Source: Gammaproteobacteria bacterium (GTDB lineage: Bacteria > Pseudomonadota > Gammaproteobacteria > JABABF01). Taken from it: a DNA stretch of 64,000 nt. The translations under genes and the position numbers were made by a program. The first letter of the stretch is position 1, and each line of letters opens with the position of its first letter. Shown here in pieces: positions 9,362 to 19,942 of this stretch. The DNA lies in assembly GCA_965237805.1 (NCBI GenBank), contig OZ250153.1, positions 1,152,001-1,216,000 of the forward strand, read 5' to 3'. The notes beneath the pieces were generated by a model. The model saw only the letters and a list, made by a program, of their open reading frames with translations. It was not told where the DNA came from and searched no databases.

Positions 9362-10724
9362 GTTGGCGGCGGCAGAGCGCGAGGCTCGCGACTTGACGCC
9401 GCGCGAGATTGTCGTTGCTCTGGACAAGCACATCATCGGCCAAGTTGCCGCCAAGCGCGCCGTTGCCATCGCCCTGCGCAACCGCTGGCGCTCCCGCCAG
9501 CTGTCCGACGAGCTGCGCGCTGAGATCACGCCCAAAAATATTCTGATGGTCGGCCCTACCGGGGTGGGCAAAACGGAGATCTCGAGGCGCTTGTCGAAAT
9601 TGACCGGAGCGCCGTTCATCAAGGTCGAGGCGACCAAGTTCACCGAGGTCGGCTATGTCGGCCGGGATGTGGAATCCATCATCCGAGATTTGGCCGAGGC
9701 GGCTTTCAAGATGCTGCGTGAGCAGGCGATGGGGCAGCTGCGCGAGCGCGCCAAAGGCGAAGCCGAGGATCGCATCGTCACAGCGCTGCTCGGCGGCAGC
9801 AGCAATGCCGCGCAGCCGGATAACCAGGACCGGCGTCTGGCGTTGTTGCAGCAGTTGCGGCGCGGCGATTTGGACGACAAAGAGATCAAGGTCAATGTGC
9901 GCAAAGGGCCGGTAAACATCGACATCGCGATGCAGCCCGGCATGGAGCGCCAGGGCGTGGAGGAGGCCACGCAGCAGATTCAGAATATGCTGTCGAATTT
10001 TGCTGGCAAGAACACCCAGGAGCAGCGCCGCATGAAAGTGCGCGACGGCATCAAGCTGATCGAAGAGGAAGAGGCCGCGCGCATGATGGACAAAGACGGC
10101 CTGCGTCAGCGCACCGTCGAGCTGGTGCAGACCCAAGGCATTGTCTTCATCGACGAGATCGACAAAGTGACACACCGCTCTGGCTACGACGGTGGCAATA
10201 TGCAGGTCTCGCGTGAGGGGGTGCAGCGCGATCTGTTGCCGCTGATCGAGGGCTCCACGGTCAAGACCAGCCACGGCATGATCCACACCGACCATATCTT
10301 GTTCATCGCCTCCGGCGCTTTTCACCTGAGCAAGCCCTCGGACTTGATTCCAGAATTGCAGGGGCGCCTGCCCATTCGGGTGGAGATGCAGCCCTTGGGT
10401 GTCGAGGAATTCGAGCGCATCTTGGTCGAGCCGGATTACTCGCTGACCGAGCAGTACCAAGCCCTGCTCGCCACTGAAGGGCTGCAGCTGCGCTTCACTA
10501 CAGATGGCATCAAACAGCTGGCGGTCGCCGCCTCGGAGCTGAACGAGCGCATCGAAAATATCGGTGCCCGCCGCCTGCATACGATCATGGAGAAATTGCT
10601 TGAGGATGCCTCTTTCTCGGCGGCGGAATCGGAGGGGGGTGAGCTGGTGGTCGACGCCGCCTATGTCGATGGGCAACTCGGTGAATTGACCGAGGAGCAG
10701 GAATTGCGCCGCTTCATTCTCTGA
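9351..10724 (+). CDS. hslU: ATP-dependent protease ATPase subunit HslU
   Basis: [54 protein letters not shown]. Confidence 0.96.
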   Translation: MTAKLAAAEREARDLTPREIVVALDKHIIGQVAAKRAVAIALRNRWRSRQLSDELRAEITPKNILMVGPTGVGKTEISRRLSKLTGAPFIKVEATKFTEVGYVGRDVESIIRDLAEAAFKMLREQAMGQLRERAKGEAEDRIVTALLGGSSNAAQPDNQDRRLALLQQLRRGDLDDKEIKVNVRKGPVNIDIAMQPGMERQGVEEATQQIQNMLSNFAGKNTQEQRRMKVRDGIKLIEEEEAARMMDKDGLRQRTVELVQTQGIVFIDEIDKVTHRSGYDGGNMQVSREGVQRDLLPLIEGSTVKTSHGMIHTDHILFIASGAFHLSKPSDLIPELQGRLPIRVEMQPLGVEEFERILVEPDYSLTEQYQALLATEGLQLRFTTDGIKQLAVAASELNERIENIGARRLHTIMEKLLEDASFSAAESEGGELVVDAAYVDGQLGELTEEQELRRFIL

Positions 10725-10732
10725 TCGGGACC

Positions 10733-11488
10733 ATGGACGACGAGGGACGAGTCGCTTTCGGCTATCGCCGCGTGGCGCCGGATGAAAAGACACGGCTGGT
10801 CGACGGTGTGTTCAGCTCCGTCGCCAGTCGCTACGACTTGATGAACGACCTGATGTCGGGCGGCTTGCACCGGCTGTGGAAGCGTTGTGCGGTCGAGTTG
10901 AGCGCTGTGCGCGCTGGCCAGAGGGTGCTTGATTTGGCGGGTGGCAGCGGTGATATGACGGCGTTGCTGGCACCGAAGGTGGCAGCTGGGGGGCGCATCG
11001 TGCTGGCTGACATCAACCGCGACATGCTCGTGCGCGGTCGTGATCGCTTGGCGGATCGGGGGCTTGTCTCCGGCATTGATTTCGCACGCGTCAACGCCGA
11101 GCAGCTGCCCTTTGCCGATCACAGCTTCGATCTGGTCTGCATCGCTTTCGGTCTGCGCAATGTCTCCAACCAGAACACCGCGTTGGCCGAGATGCGGCGG
11201 GTGCTGCGCGTCGGCGGGCGGGCGGTGATTTTGGAGTTCTCCCAACTGGCGGTGCCGTCGAAGTGGCTCGGACGGCTTTACGACGCCTACTCGATGCGGG
11301 TGCTGCCAGCGCTCGGCAAGCTGGTTGTTGGCGATAGCGACAGCTACCGCTATCTGGCGGAATCGATCCGCACCCATCCCGGCCAACAGCAGCTGTTGGA
11401 GATGATGCGCGAGGTGGGTTTCGCTGACTGCGATTACCACAATCTCAGCGCTGGCATCGTCGCCATCCACCGTGGCTTCCGCATATGA
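10733..11488 (+). CDS. ubiE: Ubiquinone/menaquinone C-methyltransferase
   Basis: VFSSVASRYDLMNDLMSGGLHRLWK, LDLAGGSGD, FGLRNV, YLAESI. Confidence 0.96.
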   Translation: MDDEGRVAFGYRRVAPDEKTRLVDGVFSSVASRYDLMNDLMSGGLHRLWKRCAVELSAVRAGQRVLDLAGGSGDMTALLAPKVAAGGRIVLADINRDMLVRGRDRLADRGLVSGIDFARVNAEQLPFADHSFDLVCIAFGLRNVSNQNTALAEMRRVLRVGGRAVILEFSQLAVPSKWLGRLYDAYSMRVLPALGKLVVGDSDSYRYLAESIRTHPGQQQLLEMMREVGFADCDYHNLSAGIVAIHRGFRI

Positions 11489-12108
11489 GCGGTGCATCTT
11501 GGGTGCGGGGTGCGCATGGTGGTTCGCGCCGTGTGTTGGAAGTCACCATCAATGGCTTGCTGCGGCGACACCCGCCGGCCAGCGCTGGCCTCGCGGCGCT
11601 GGAGGGGCGGAGATTTTTGCTCTCATCAACCGAGCCGTCGGTGCAGCTGGTCTGCCGCATTGCCGGAGCCCAGCTCTGTTTGTTGTCGCCCGAGGCGGGG
11701 GAGGCTACGGAGTACTGTGCCGAGCTGAGCGGCGCGGGCGCGGCTTGGCGTCAGCTGTGGGAGGCGGCGGATTGGCGGGCGGCACTGGCGGATGGCGTGC
11801 TGGAGCTGCGTGGTGACACGGTGGCGGCGGGCGATTTGCTGGCGGCGTTGCAGAGCCTGAGGGAGATCGACTGGGAGCGGCCACTGGCGGAGCTGTGTGG
11901 CGATGTGGCCGCCCACCGCGTGGGTCGAGGTGCGCGCTGGTTGGCCCGCTCGCAGGCACAGGTCGGGCGCTCGCTGCGGCGTCAGCTGCGTGAATTTCTC
12001 GACGAGGAGACCACTGCCGAGCCATTGCGCAAGGGGGCGGCGGTGTTTTTCGATGCGGTGGGTCGAGGCGCTCGGCGCATAGCCGATGCCTTGGCGGCGC
12101 GCCGCTAG
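11485..12108 (+). CDS. ubiJ: Ubiquinone biosynthesis accessory factor (SCP2 domain)
   Basis: Lies between ubiE and ubiB; LELRGD, IDWERPLAELCGDVAAH, EFLDEE motifs. Confidence 0.8.
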   Translation: MSGASWVRGAHGGSRRVLEVTINGLLRRHPPASAGLAALEGRRFLLSSTEPSVQLVCRIAGAQLCLLSPEAGEATEYCAELSGAGAAWRQLWEAADWRAALADGVLELRGDTVAAGDLLAALQSLREIDWERPLAELCGDVAAHRVGRGARWLARSQAQVGRSLRRQLREFLDEETTAEPLRKGAAVFFDAVGRGARRIADALAARR

Positions 12109-13634
12109 TGCGCTCACTGTGGCGCGTCATCCATATCGCGGCGCGGCATCGTGCCGATACCATGCTCGTGCGCTGCCCACTGGTGCTGCGTGTGATCCTG
12201 CTGCTGTCGCCGCTGTCTTGGCGGGCGAATACGGCTCCGCGCGCCGAGCGCCTGCGCCACATGTTGGAGGATATCGGCCCGATCGGCGTTAAATTCGGCC
12301 AGGCGATCTCGACGCGCCGCGATCTGCTGCCTCCCGACATCGCCGATGCGCTGGCCGAGCTACAAGATCGTGCGGCACCTTTCCCGGACGACCAAGCGCA
12401 TGCACTGATGACCGCTGCGTTGGGCGATGCGCCGGAGCAGGTTTTTGCCCAGATCGATGCCGAGCCGATGGCTTCGGCCTCGGTGGCGCAGATTTACGGT
12501 GCCCGCCTGCACAGCGGTGAGGCGGTGGTCGTCAAGTTGTTGCGCCCCGGAGTGGAGCGCATGGTGGAACGAGACTTGGGCCTGCTCGCTACGGCCGCGC
12601 GCTGGCTCGAGCGGCTGGTGCCAGCCAGCCAGCGGCTGCGGCCGATAGAGGTTGTCGAGCGCTATCGCACGGCGGTTCGGCGCGAGATGAATCTGCTGAT
12701 CGAGGCGGCCAACAGCTCACAGCTGCGCCGCAACTTCGCCGACTCGCCCTTGCTCTATGTGCCCGCTGTGCACTGGCAGCTATCGAGCCGCTCGCTGCTG
12801 GTCATGGAGCGCATCGACGGCGTGCCGATTGACGATATCGACGAGCTGCGCCAGCGCGGCGTCGATTTGGCGCTGCTCGCCAAGCGCGGCGTGGAGATCT
12901 TCTTCACCCAAGTGTTTGACCACAATTTCTTCCACGCCGATATGCATCCTGGCAATATCTATGTCGATTCCAGCGATCCCGACGATCCGCGCTACTTTGC
13001 CTTGGATTGCGCGGTGATGGGGTCGCTCAGCGCGAGCGATCGCTACTATCTGGCGCGCAATATGTTGGCGGTATTCGAGCAGGACTACCGGATGGTGGCG
13101 GAGCTGCATGTGGAGTGTGGCTGGGTGTCGCCGGACACGGAGCTGCACGCGCTTGAGGATGCCGTGCGTGTTGCCTGCGAGCCGATCTTCGCCCGTCCGC
13201 TGGGCGAGATCGAATTTGGCTTGCTACTGGCGAGTTTGTTTGAGACGGCACGCGCTTTCGACATGGAGGTGCAACCCTCGTTGGTGCTGTTGCAGAAGAC
13301 GCTGCTGCAGGTGGAAGGTCTGGGGCGCCAGCTCTATCCCGAGCTCGATTTCTGGACCATCGGGCGACCGCTGTTGCGGCGCTGGATGGCCCGCCGCTTG
13401 GCACCGAAGACGCTCTATCGGGGGTTGCGTCGCCGCCTGCCGGGCTTGGTCGAGCAGGCCGCTCAGATCGGTGACAGGCTGCTGTTGGCAGTCGATGGCG
13501 AGACCGCCGACCGCCGCGAGGCGCAGCGGCTGCGTCGGTCGCTGCGACGTTTGCGGCGGCGCTTCGCCTGGGTGGTGCTGCTGTGGTTGGCGAGTGCCGC
13601 CGCCGCGTGGTGGTATTGGCAGCAAATCGGCTGA
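12108..13634 (+). CDS. ubiB: Ubiquinone biosynthesis regulatory kinase
   Basis: KFGQAISTRRD, ASASVAQ, VVVKLLRP, FFHADMHPGN, LLQKTLL. Confidence 0.95.
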   Translation: MRSLWRVIHIAARHRADTMLVRCPLVLRVILLLSPLSWRANTAPRAERLRHMLEDIGPIGVKFGQAISTRRDLLPPDIADALAELQDRAAPFPDDQAHALMTAALGDAPEQVFAQIDAEPMASASVAQIYGARLHSGEAVVVKLLRPGVERMVERDLGLLATAARWLERLVPASQRLRPIEVVERYRTAVRREMNLLIEAANSSQLRRNFADSPLLYVPAVHWQLSSRSLLVMERIDGVPIDDIDELRQRGVDLALLAKRGVEIFFTQVFDHNFFHADMHPGNIYVDSSDPDDPRYFALDCAVMGSLSASDRYYLARNMLAVFEQDYRMVAELHVECGWVSPDTELHALEDAVRVACEPIFARPLGEIEFGLLLASLFETARAFDMEVQPSLVLLQKTLLQVEGLGRQLYPELDFWTIGRPLLRRWMARRLAPKTLYRGLRRRLPGLVEQAAQIGDRLLLAVDGETADRREAQRLRRSLRRLRRRFAWVVLLWLASAAAAWWYWQQIG

Positions 13635-13664
13635 GCTGTGCGATAATGACCGCCCGCCCCTCTC

Positions 13665-14099
13665 GTGCCCGCCATTGTGGAGCCCCTGTCTGAGGATGCG
13701 CGCCGAGCCCTGCGCTGGGACGGTGACGGTTTGGTGCCGGCAATTGTCCAAGATCGGCGTAGCGGTCGTGTGTTGATGCTCGCTTGGATGAATGCCGAGG
13801 CGCTCGACGAGAGCCTGAGCAGTGGTCGCGCCGTGTTCTGGTCGCGTTCGCGGCAGAGCCTGTGGCGCAAGGGCGAGTCTTCCGGTTGTTACCAAGAACT
13901 GCACGAGCTGCGCCTCGACTGCGATGGCGACGCGCTGTTGCTCAGCGTCGATGCGCGTCACGGCGTCGCCTGCCACACCGGTCGTGCCAGCTGCTTTTTC
14001 CGCTGCTACGATGGTGGCCAGTGGAACACGGTCGATCCGGTGCTGATTGATGCCGAGGAGTTATATCCGGATCGTGGGGGAGCGCTTGAAGATGGCTGA
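13665..14099 (+). CDS. hisI: Phosphoribosyl-AMP cyclohydrolase
   Basis: GLVPAIVQD, FWSRSRQSLWRKGESSG, DCDGD, ACHTGRASCF. Confidence 0.95.
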   Translation: MPAIVEPLSEDARRALRWDGDGLVPAIVQDRRSGRVLMLAWMNAEALDESLSSGRAVFWSRSRQSLWRKGESSGCYQELHELRLDCDGDALLLSVDARHGVACHTGRASCFFRCYDGGQWNTVDPVLIDAEELYPDRGGALEDG

Positions 14100-14472
14100 G
14101 GATATCCTGCAACGCTTGGATCAGCTACTGGCGGAGCGCCGTCGTAGCGGCGATCCGGGCAGCTCCTATACGGCTCGCCTGTACAATGAGGGCTTGGATG
14201 CGATCCTGCGCAAGATCGGCGAGGAGAGCGTGGAGGTGGTGTTGGCGGCCAAATTGGTGGAGGCCGCCGAAGCGGGAACCGCCGCGGGGGGGGCAGACCG
14301 GACGGGTGGCGATGAGCTGTCGCGCGCCGAGTTGCGCGCCGAGGTGGCCGACCTCTGGTTCCACTGTTTGGTCATGTTGGCGTATATGGGTGAAGATAGC
14401 ACTGGGGTGCTGGAGCTGCTGGAGCGGCGGCGTTCCGGCGCTACGGCGACCGTGCCGCCTGCTAAGGGCTAG
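14092..14472 (+). CDS. hisE: Phosphoribosyl-ATP diphosphatase
   Basis: SSYTARLY, KIGEESVE, EVADLWFH. Confidence 0.93.
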   Translation: MAEDILQRLDQLLAERRRSGDPGSSYTARLYNEGLDAILRKIGEESVEVVLAAKLVEAAEAGTAAGGADRTGGDELSRAELRAEVADLWFHCLVMLAYMGEDSTGVLELLERRRSGATATVPPAKG

Positions 14473-14496
14473 TGAAGATCGCAGAGAGGAAGCGCT

Positions 14497-14715
14497 ATGG
14501 GAAATATCGGCATCTGGCAACTGCTACTGGTCTTGGCCATCGTCCTACTGCTGTTCGGCTCACGCCGGCTGCGCGGTCTCGGCGGTGATCTTGGCAAGTC
14601 GATTCGCGGTTTTCGCGAGGGGTTGCGCGGCGACGCTGAGGGCAGTGCAATGTCTGAGGACAGCGATGTCGCGCAGCGCGAGGCGGACGAGAAGCGTGAG
14701 GCGGGCGGCGACTGA
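14497..14715 (+). CDS. tatA: Twin-arginine translocase TatA
   Basis: IGIWQLLLVLAIVLLLFGSRRLRGLGGDLGKSIRGF. Confidence 0.95.
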   Translation: MGNIGIWQLLLVLAIVLLLFGSRRLRGLGGDLGKSIRGFREGLRGDAEGSAMSEDSDVAQREADEKREAGGD

Positions 14716-14747
14716 GTGCCCGCCGTAGCGCCGCCGGAGAAGGCGCT

Positions 14748-15083
14748 GTGTTTGATATCGGTCTAAGCGAGCTATTATTGCTCGGCACCATCGCACTGAT
14801 CGTGATACGTCCCGAGCAGTTGCCCGGTGTTGCCCGTGCGCTGGCGCGCCTCATTGGGCGGGCTCAGCGCGGCTTCAATGCGGCGTTGCGCGGGGCGGAG
14901 CGGGAGCTCGGCATCGAGGAGGTGCGCCGCGAACTGCGCAACGAGGCCATCGTCCAAGACATCGACGGTGCCGAGGCCGAGATGCGCAAGTTGCAGGCCG
15001 AATTGCGTGCTGAACTGCGTCCGGGAACCGAGCCGCGCCCGGTGATAGAGCCAGACGATGCCGCCAGTGACGGATCGCACTGA
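14748..15083 (+). CDS. tatB: Twin-arginine translocase TatB
   Basis: MFDIGLSELLL...PEQLP. Confidence 0.93.
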   Translation: MFDIGLSELLLLGTIALIVIRPEQLPGVARALARLIGRAQRGFNAALRGAERELGIEEVRRELRNEAIVQDIDGAEAEMRKLQAELRAELRPGTEPRPVIEPDDAASDGSH

Positions 15084-15090
15084 CACCGCT

Positions 15091-15843
15091 ATGCCAGCGC
15101 CGGACGAAGATAGGCCGCAGCCGCTGTCGGAACACTTCCGCGAGCTGCGCACACGGTTTTTGCGTTGCGCTATCGCGGTGCTGTTGGCTTTCCTCGCCCT
15201 GCTGCCCTTTGCCCGGCAGCTGTATGAGTTGCTGTCGGTGCCGCTCACGCGCCTGCTGCCGCCCGGCAACTCGATCATCGCCATTGAGGTCGCTGCGCCG
15301 CTGATGATCCCGCTTAAGCTGGCGCTGAGCGGGGCGGTCTTCGTGGCCGCACCCTATCTGCTCTATCAGCTGTGGGTTTTCACCGCGCCGGGCCTCTACC
15401 GACATGAGAAAACTTTTGCGCGCGCGTTGCTCGCCTGTAGCGTCGTCCTGTTCTACGCCGGGGCAGTGTTCTGCTACGCGGTGGTCTTGCCACTGGTGTT
15501 TGGATTTTTCACCGGCATCATCCCAGACAGCGTGGCGATGATGACCGATATGCGGCATTACTATGATTTCGTCTTGCGGCTGTTCCTGCTCTTCGGGCTC
15601 GCCTTCGAGGTGCCCGTCGCCGTGTTGTTGTTGATCAAGGCTGGGATCGCCGATGTCGCTGCACTGCGGCGCTCACGACCCTATATCATCGTCGGCGCTT
15701 TCGCCCTATCGATGCTGGTCACCCCGCCGGATGTGCTCTCACAGATCTTGTTGGCGGTGCCGGTCTGGCTGCTGTATGAGATTGGCCTGCTGTTGGGCGC
15801 GCGCCTGTCGCCGCCCGCCTTAGGTCAAGTGGTGGATGAATGA
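15091..15843 (+). CDS. tatC: Twin-arginine translocase TatC
   Basis: PLSEHFRELRTR, PGLYRHEK, FEVP, TPPDVLSQ, LYE. Confidence 0.95.
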   Translation: MPAPDEDRPQPLSEHFRELRTRFLRCAIAVLLAFLALLPFARQLYELLSVPLTRLLPPGNSIIAIEVAAPLMIPLKLALSGAVFVAAPYLLYQLWVFTAPGLYRHEKTFARALLACSVVLFYAGAVFCYAVVLPLVFGFFTGIIPDSVAMMTDMRHYYDFVLRLFLLFGLAFEVPVAVLLLIKAGIADVAALRRSRPYIIVGAFALSMLVTPPDVLSQILLAVPVWLLYEIGLLLGARLSPPALGQVVDE

Positions 15844-15876
15844 CATGCCGCCCCCGGTGTCGGGTGACCAGCTGCC

Positions 15877-16464
15877 CTAGCACAGTGCTTGTGGCGACGA
15901 CTGGGTGCAGTTGTCATCGATGGGAAAGCGGGCTGGAATATGCTGGCTTGCGAGCGGATGGTAATGGCCACGATCTAGGAAGTAAGACAACCATTCGCCG
16001 AAGATACCGTCCAGTTTCCACTTTTCCTCAGCTGATAAGCACTCCTCTTCCACCCTTTGCCCGCCCTTGCCCTCGTGCCCGCCGTAGCGCACCACCTCGA
16101 CGCTCTTCAAGTCGTGGTAAATGTGTAGCGCCAACGACAGTGGCGGTGGCGGTGCCGCACTGTCGGCATCGCGTATCAGGGCGCATCGGTAGCTCTCGGT
16201 ATAAGGGCCTTTCGGTAGCGGTGCCAAACTCAGGTGCAGTCTCAGCTCCACGCTGCCCCGGTATTGGGCCGCCAGTGAAAAACGACGGCGGCCAGCACCG
16301 CCCGCTTCCAACAAGCGTTGCAGACGCAGGTAATTGAGATCCCTGAGCGCGAGCTGCTGCGCCAAGCTGCGGTGTCGGCGGAGGCGATTGATACCATGCC
16401 ATCTCCTGCACTGTTCGGGGTCGCGGTGCTGTGTGCAGTGTGGAGCGGGAGCGTGTTCGTGCAT
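15877..16464 (-). CDS. DUF1249 (YqiB-like) protein
   Basis: NYLRLQRLL, PYT, IYHDLKSVEV, EEKWKLDGIFGEWLSY; divergent from tolC, as yqiB typically is. Start uncertain. Confidence 0.7.
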   Translation of the reverse strand: MHEHAPAPHCTQHRDPEQCRRWHGINRLRRHRSLAQQLALRDLNYLRLQRLLEAGGAGRRRFSLAAQYRGSVELRLHLSLAPLPKGPYTESYRCALIRDADSAAPPPPLSLALHIYHDLKSVEVVRYGGHEGKGGQRVEEECLSAEEKWKLDGIFGEWLSYFLDRGHYHPLASQHIPARFPIDDNCTQSSPQALC

Positions 16465-16552
16465 GGCTTAATATTGTGGCGGTGTGGATGGCGGAGCGCA
16501 TTGCCAGCGGCTACGCGCCCGCTCCCCATGGCCATAATATAATGCCAATCAC

Positions 16553-17974
16553 ATGTCTTGGTTCCGCTTGATGCCCCCAATGCCAGCGCTGGCATCAGAT
16601 TTAACTTTTTCGCTGTATGCGGTGTCCCGTCGCGCCGTGTTTTTGTGCGCCGTCGCGCTGTGGCTCGGTGCGGCCTGTGCGACGGCGCGGGCGAGCGAAT
16701 CGCTGGCAGAGATTTACAACTTGGCGGTGGAGCAGGATCCGATATTGCGCGCTAGCGTAGCCGATACCCGCGCACAACAAGCGGCCATCGGCGAATCGCG
16801 TGCCCGCCTGTTGCCGCAGCTGGCGTTGCAGTTCACTTATAGCGACATAGACCAAGGCGGGACGTTCAACGGCGTGCCGGTTGCTCATTTCAACGATCTC
16901 GAAAACTGGGACTATCGAGCGGTGCTACAGCAGTCGCTGTTGTCGCTGCCCAACTGGTACGAGTGGGCGGCGAGTCGCGCCACCGGGCGGCGTGCGGAGA
17001 TGAGCTTGCGTGCGGCGCGGGAAAGCCTGATCCAGCGCGTTGCCGATGCCTATTTCGGGGTTTTGCGCGCCAGCGATAATTTGGCCTCAGCTCGGGTCGA
17101 GGCCAAGACTCTGCGCGAGCAGTCCGCCAAGATCAACCGCCGCTTCGCTGCTGGCTTGGTGTTGGCGACTGAGGTATTGGAGGCGCGCGCCGCAGCCGAT
17201 TTAGCCGATGTCAACCACTTGGTGAACGAAGACAACTTGGCGACTGCGCGGGAGTCGCTACACGTGATCACCGGGCGCGAGCACACACAGCTGTGGCCTC
17301 TGCGGGAAGACTTCCCCGCTTTGGGACCGCAGCCGGACACGCTGACCCCTTGGCTCGAATGGGCGCTACGGGACAATGCAGATTTGCTCGCCGCCAAGCA
17401 TGCGCTGAGAGCCGCCCGCCGCCAGCTGGGCGCTGCTCGTAGTCGATTGGTTCCCACGCTGGTGGGCTCTGTGCAATACGGTTTCAACGAACGCAATGGC
17501 CTCGCCCAGACGCTGGCCATCGACCAGCGCTACGACGGTTACACAGTGGCTGTGGAGGCGACTGTTCCGCTCTACCGAGGGGGAGAATATTGGGCTCGGA
17601 AAAGGCGTGTGCGCGAACAGTCATTGCAGGCCCGTGCCAACTTGGACAGCCAGCGGCGGGAGGTCGCCCGCCAGCTCCGGGCACAGTTTGCCTCGGCGGG
17701 CATCTTGGAGCGTCAAGTGAAGGCGCGGCAGCGTTCCTTGGTGTCGGCGCGACAAGCCTTGAAGTCAGTGCGGCACGGCTATGAGACCGGTACCCGCGAC
17801 CTGATCGATGTGCTGGATCGAGAGACTACGCTCCATGCAGCTCAGCGCAACTATTCCGATGCGCGCTACGATTTGATCCTGAGCCTGTTGCAGCTCAAAG
17901 CCTTGGCTGGGCAGCTCCAAGACAAGGATTTAGTGCAGCTGAACGACTGGTTGATGCCACCCAACAAGCGCTAG
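16553..17974 (+). CDS. tolC: TolC-family outer membrane efflux protein
   Basis: Signal peptide then ESLAEIYNLAVEQDP, RARLLPQL, PLYRGG, GYETGTRDLIDVLD, ARYDLIL. Confidence 0.9.
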   Translation: MSWFRLMPPMPALASDLTFSLYAVSRRAVFLCAVALWLGAACATARASESLAEIYNLAVEQDPILRASVADTRAQQAAIGESRARLLPQLALQFTYSDIDQGGTFNGVPVAHFNDLENWDYRAVLQQSLLSLPNWYEWAASRATGRRAEMSLRAARESLIQRVADAYFGVLRASDNLASARVEAKTLREQSAKINRRFAAGLVLATEVLEARAAADLADVNHLVNEDNLATARESLHVITGREHTQLWPLREDFPALGPQPDTLTPWLEWALRDNADLLAAKHALRAARRQLGAARSRLVPTLVGSVQYGFNERNGLAQTLAIDQRYDGYTVAVEATVPLYRGGEYWARKRRVREQSLQARANLDSQRREVARQLRAQFASAGILERQVKARQRSLVSARQALKSVRHGYETGTRDLIDVLDRETTLHAAQRNYSDARYDLILSLLQLKALAGQLQDKDLVQLNDWLMPPNKR

Positions 17975-17984
17975 CGCCCGCGCC

Positions 17985-19244
17985 TCAGAGGGTCTCCAGC
18001 AGCTGCTCCAGCTGTGCGGCCACCGCATCGCGTTGCTCGCACACCATTTTCCGTGCCGCCGTGCCCGCCTGTTGCCGCCGCTGTGGGTCGCTCAGAAAGT
18101 TGCGCACCAAGCGGGCTAAGGCGGCGCCGTCGCTGGCCAGCGTCAATGCGCCGACACCGCGCAGCTGCTCGGCGATGTCATGGCAATTGAACAGCTGCTC
18201 GCCGCTCAGCACAGGGACGCCCCAGACGGCGGCCTCCAGCATGTTGTGGCCGCCGACTGGCACCAAGCTGCCGCCGATGAAGGCGAGGTCAGCCGCCCCG
18301 AACATGGTGGACAATTCGCCGATGGTGTCGACCAGCAACACTTGGCTGTCCGCACTCGGGGGCCCTTCGCTGTGGCGTTGCCAGCGCAGGCCGCGTTGAT
18401 GGCACAGCGCAGCGACATCGGCGCAGCGTTCCGGATGGCGCGGTGCAAGCACCAACAGTGTGTCTGCCAAGTCGCCTTCCAAGCCGAGCTGGCTGTCCAG
18501 TACCGCACTGTCCTCGCCGTTGTGGGTGCTGGCCGCAATCCAGACCAAACGTCGACCCTGTGTCCAAGCGGTACGCCATTCCCGTGCCCTGCGCTGCGCC
18601 GCCGCGTCCGGCTCCAACGCGGCTTTCAGGTTGCCACCGAGCTGCAGGCGCTCTGCTGGCAGCCCCAGTGCCACAAAGCGCTCGCCGTCTGCTTGGCTCT
18701 GAGCGCTGACGCCGGACAGTTCGGCGAACATCTCGCGCAGCGCTGGCAAGCGGGAGTAGCGAGTCGCCGAGCGCGGTGACAGACGGGCGTTGGCGAGGAA
18801 TACCTGCAACCCGGCGCGTCGGCAGCAATGCACCAGATTCGGCCACAGTTCGGTCTCCATCAACACCAGCGCAGCCGGACGTGCGCGGCGCAGGAAGGCG
18901 TTTAGGCACAATGGCAGGTCATAGGGCAGCTGCGCCAGCTGGACGCTGTCGCCGAACAGATCTTGTGCCAAGCGATAGCCGGTGGGTGTGATCGTGGTCA
19001 GGATCACAGCTCGCTCTGGGCGGTGCTCGCGCAGTGCCGCGATCAGCGCCCGTGCGGCCTGTACCTCGCCGACGGACACAGCATGCACCCAGAGGCCTCC
19101 CGCCATCGGGCGGTGCGGGAATAGGCCATGCCGCTCTGCCAAGCGTTGTCTGTAGCCAGCATCGCGACGGCTTTTCCACAGTAGCCGTGCGATGAACAGT
19201 GGCCAAGCCAGTGTCAGGCCAGTGGTGTACAGGGAGCGCCACAT
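17985..19244 (-). CDS. waaA: Kdo transferase
   Basis: WVHAVSVGE, ETELWPN, NARLS, AASTHNGE, APRHPER, GGSLVPVGGHNMLE. Confidence 0.95.
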   Translation of the reverse strand: MWRSLYTTGLTLAWPLFIARLLWKSRRDAGYRQRLAERHGLFPHRPMAGGLWVHAVSVGEVQAARALIAALREHRPERAVILTTITPTGYRLAQDLFGDSVQLAQLPYDLPLCLNAFLRRARPAALVLMETELWPNLVHCCRRAGLQVFLANARLSPRSATRYSRLPALREMFAELSGVSAQSQADGERFVALGLPAERLQLGGNLKAALEPDAAAQRRAREWRTAWTQGRRLVWIAASTHNGEDSAVLDSQLGLEGDLADTLLVLAPRHPERCADVAALCHQRGLRWQRHSEGPPSADSQVLLVDTIGELSTMFGAADLAFIGGSLVPVGGHNMLEAAVWGVPVLSGEQLFNCHDIAEQLRGVGALTLASDGAALARLVRNFLSDPQRRQQAGTAARKMVCEQRDAVAAQLEQLLETL

Positions 19245-19327
19245 AGAATACGATTGTCAAAGAGCTATGGCTAAAATTGTAGGGGGTTGGCCGATGGCCG
19301 CCACCGCTTGGGCAGGAGAGCGAGCTG

Positions 19328-19942
19328 ATGCAATTTGATATCGTGCCACAGACGGTCAAGGGTTTTCTCGACCCGGTCGAGGGCGAGGCGCTGTACCGTG
19401 CCGCAAAAACGGCCTGCCGCTTGCGCAAATGCTGCCTCGAGGTGGGCAGTTACTGTGGCAAATCGACTGTTTACTTGGGCACGGCTTGCCGCGAGCGCGG
19501 TGCGGTGCTGTTTGCCGTCGACCACCACCGCGGCTCAGCAGAGCACCAGTTGCACGAGGAGTACCACGATCCGGCGCTGTACGATGCCGGGGCGGGGGTG
19601 ATGGACAGCTGGCCGGAATTTCGTCGCACCCTGTGCGCCGCCGGGCTGGAGGACACGGTGGTGCCAATTGTCGCTGTCTCCGAATTGGCGGCGCGTCACT
19701 GGAACACCGAGCTGGCGATGGTTTTTATCGATGGTGGTCACAGCCTCGAGGCGGCCCTCGCCGACTACCGTGGCTGGGCGCGGCATATCGTGCCCGGCGG
19801 CACGCTGGCCATCCACGATGTTTTTGAGCGCCCCCAAGACGGTGGCCGGGCACCGTTCGAGATTCGGGAGCTGGCGCTGGCCTCGGGTCTGTTCAGGCCC
19901 GTGCGGCAGCTGAAGTCGCTGGCTTTATTGCGCCGTGTCTAG
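19328..19942 (+). CDS. Class I SAM methyltransferase (Methyltransf_24-like)
   Basis: LEVGSYCGKST, VDHHRGS, FIDGGHS, LAIHD. Confidence 0.85.
   Translation: MQFDIVPQTVKGFLDPVEGEALYRAAKTACRLRKCCLEVGSYCGKSTVYLGTACRERGAVLFAVDHHRGSAEHQLHEEYHDPALYDAGAGVMDSWPEFRRTLCAAGLEDTVVPIVAVSELAARHWNTELAMVFIDGGHSLEAALADYRGWARHIVPGGTLAIHDVFERPQDGGRAPFEIRELALASGLFRPVRQLKSLALLRRV

Noticed and set aside
9159-10793. 544-aa antisense ORF over hslU, and many similar shadow ORFs
   Set aside because: They are antisense or alternative frames of well-supported genes, with no recognisable motifs
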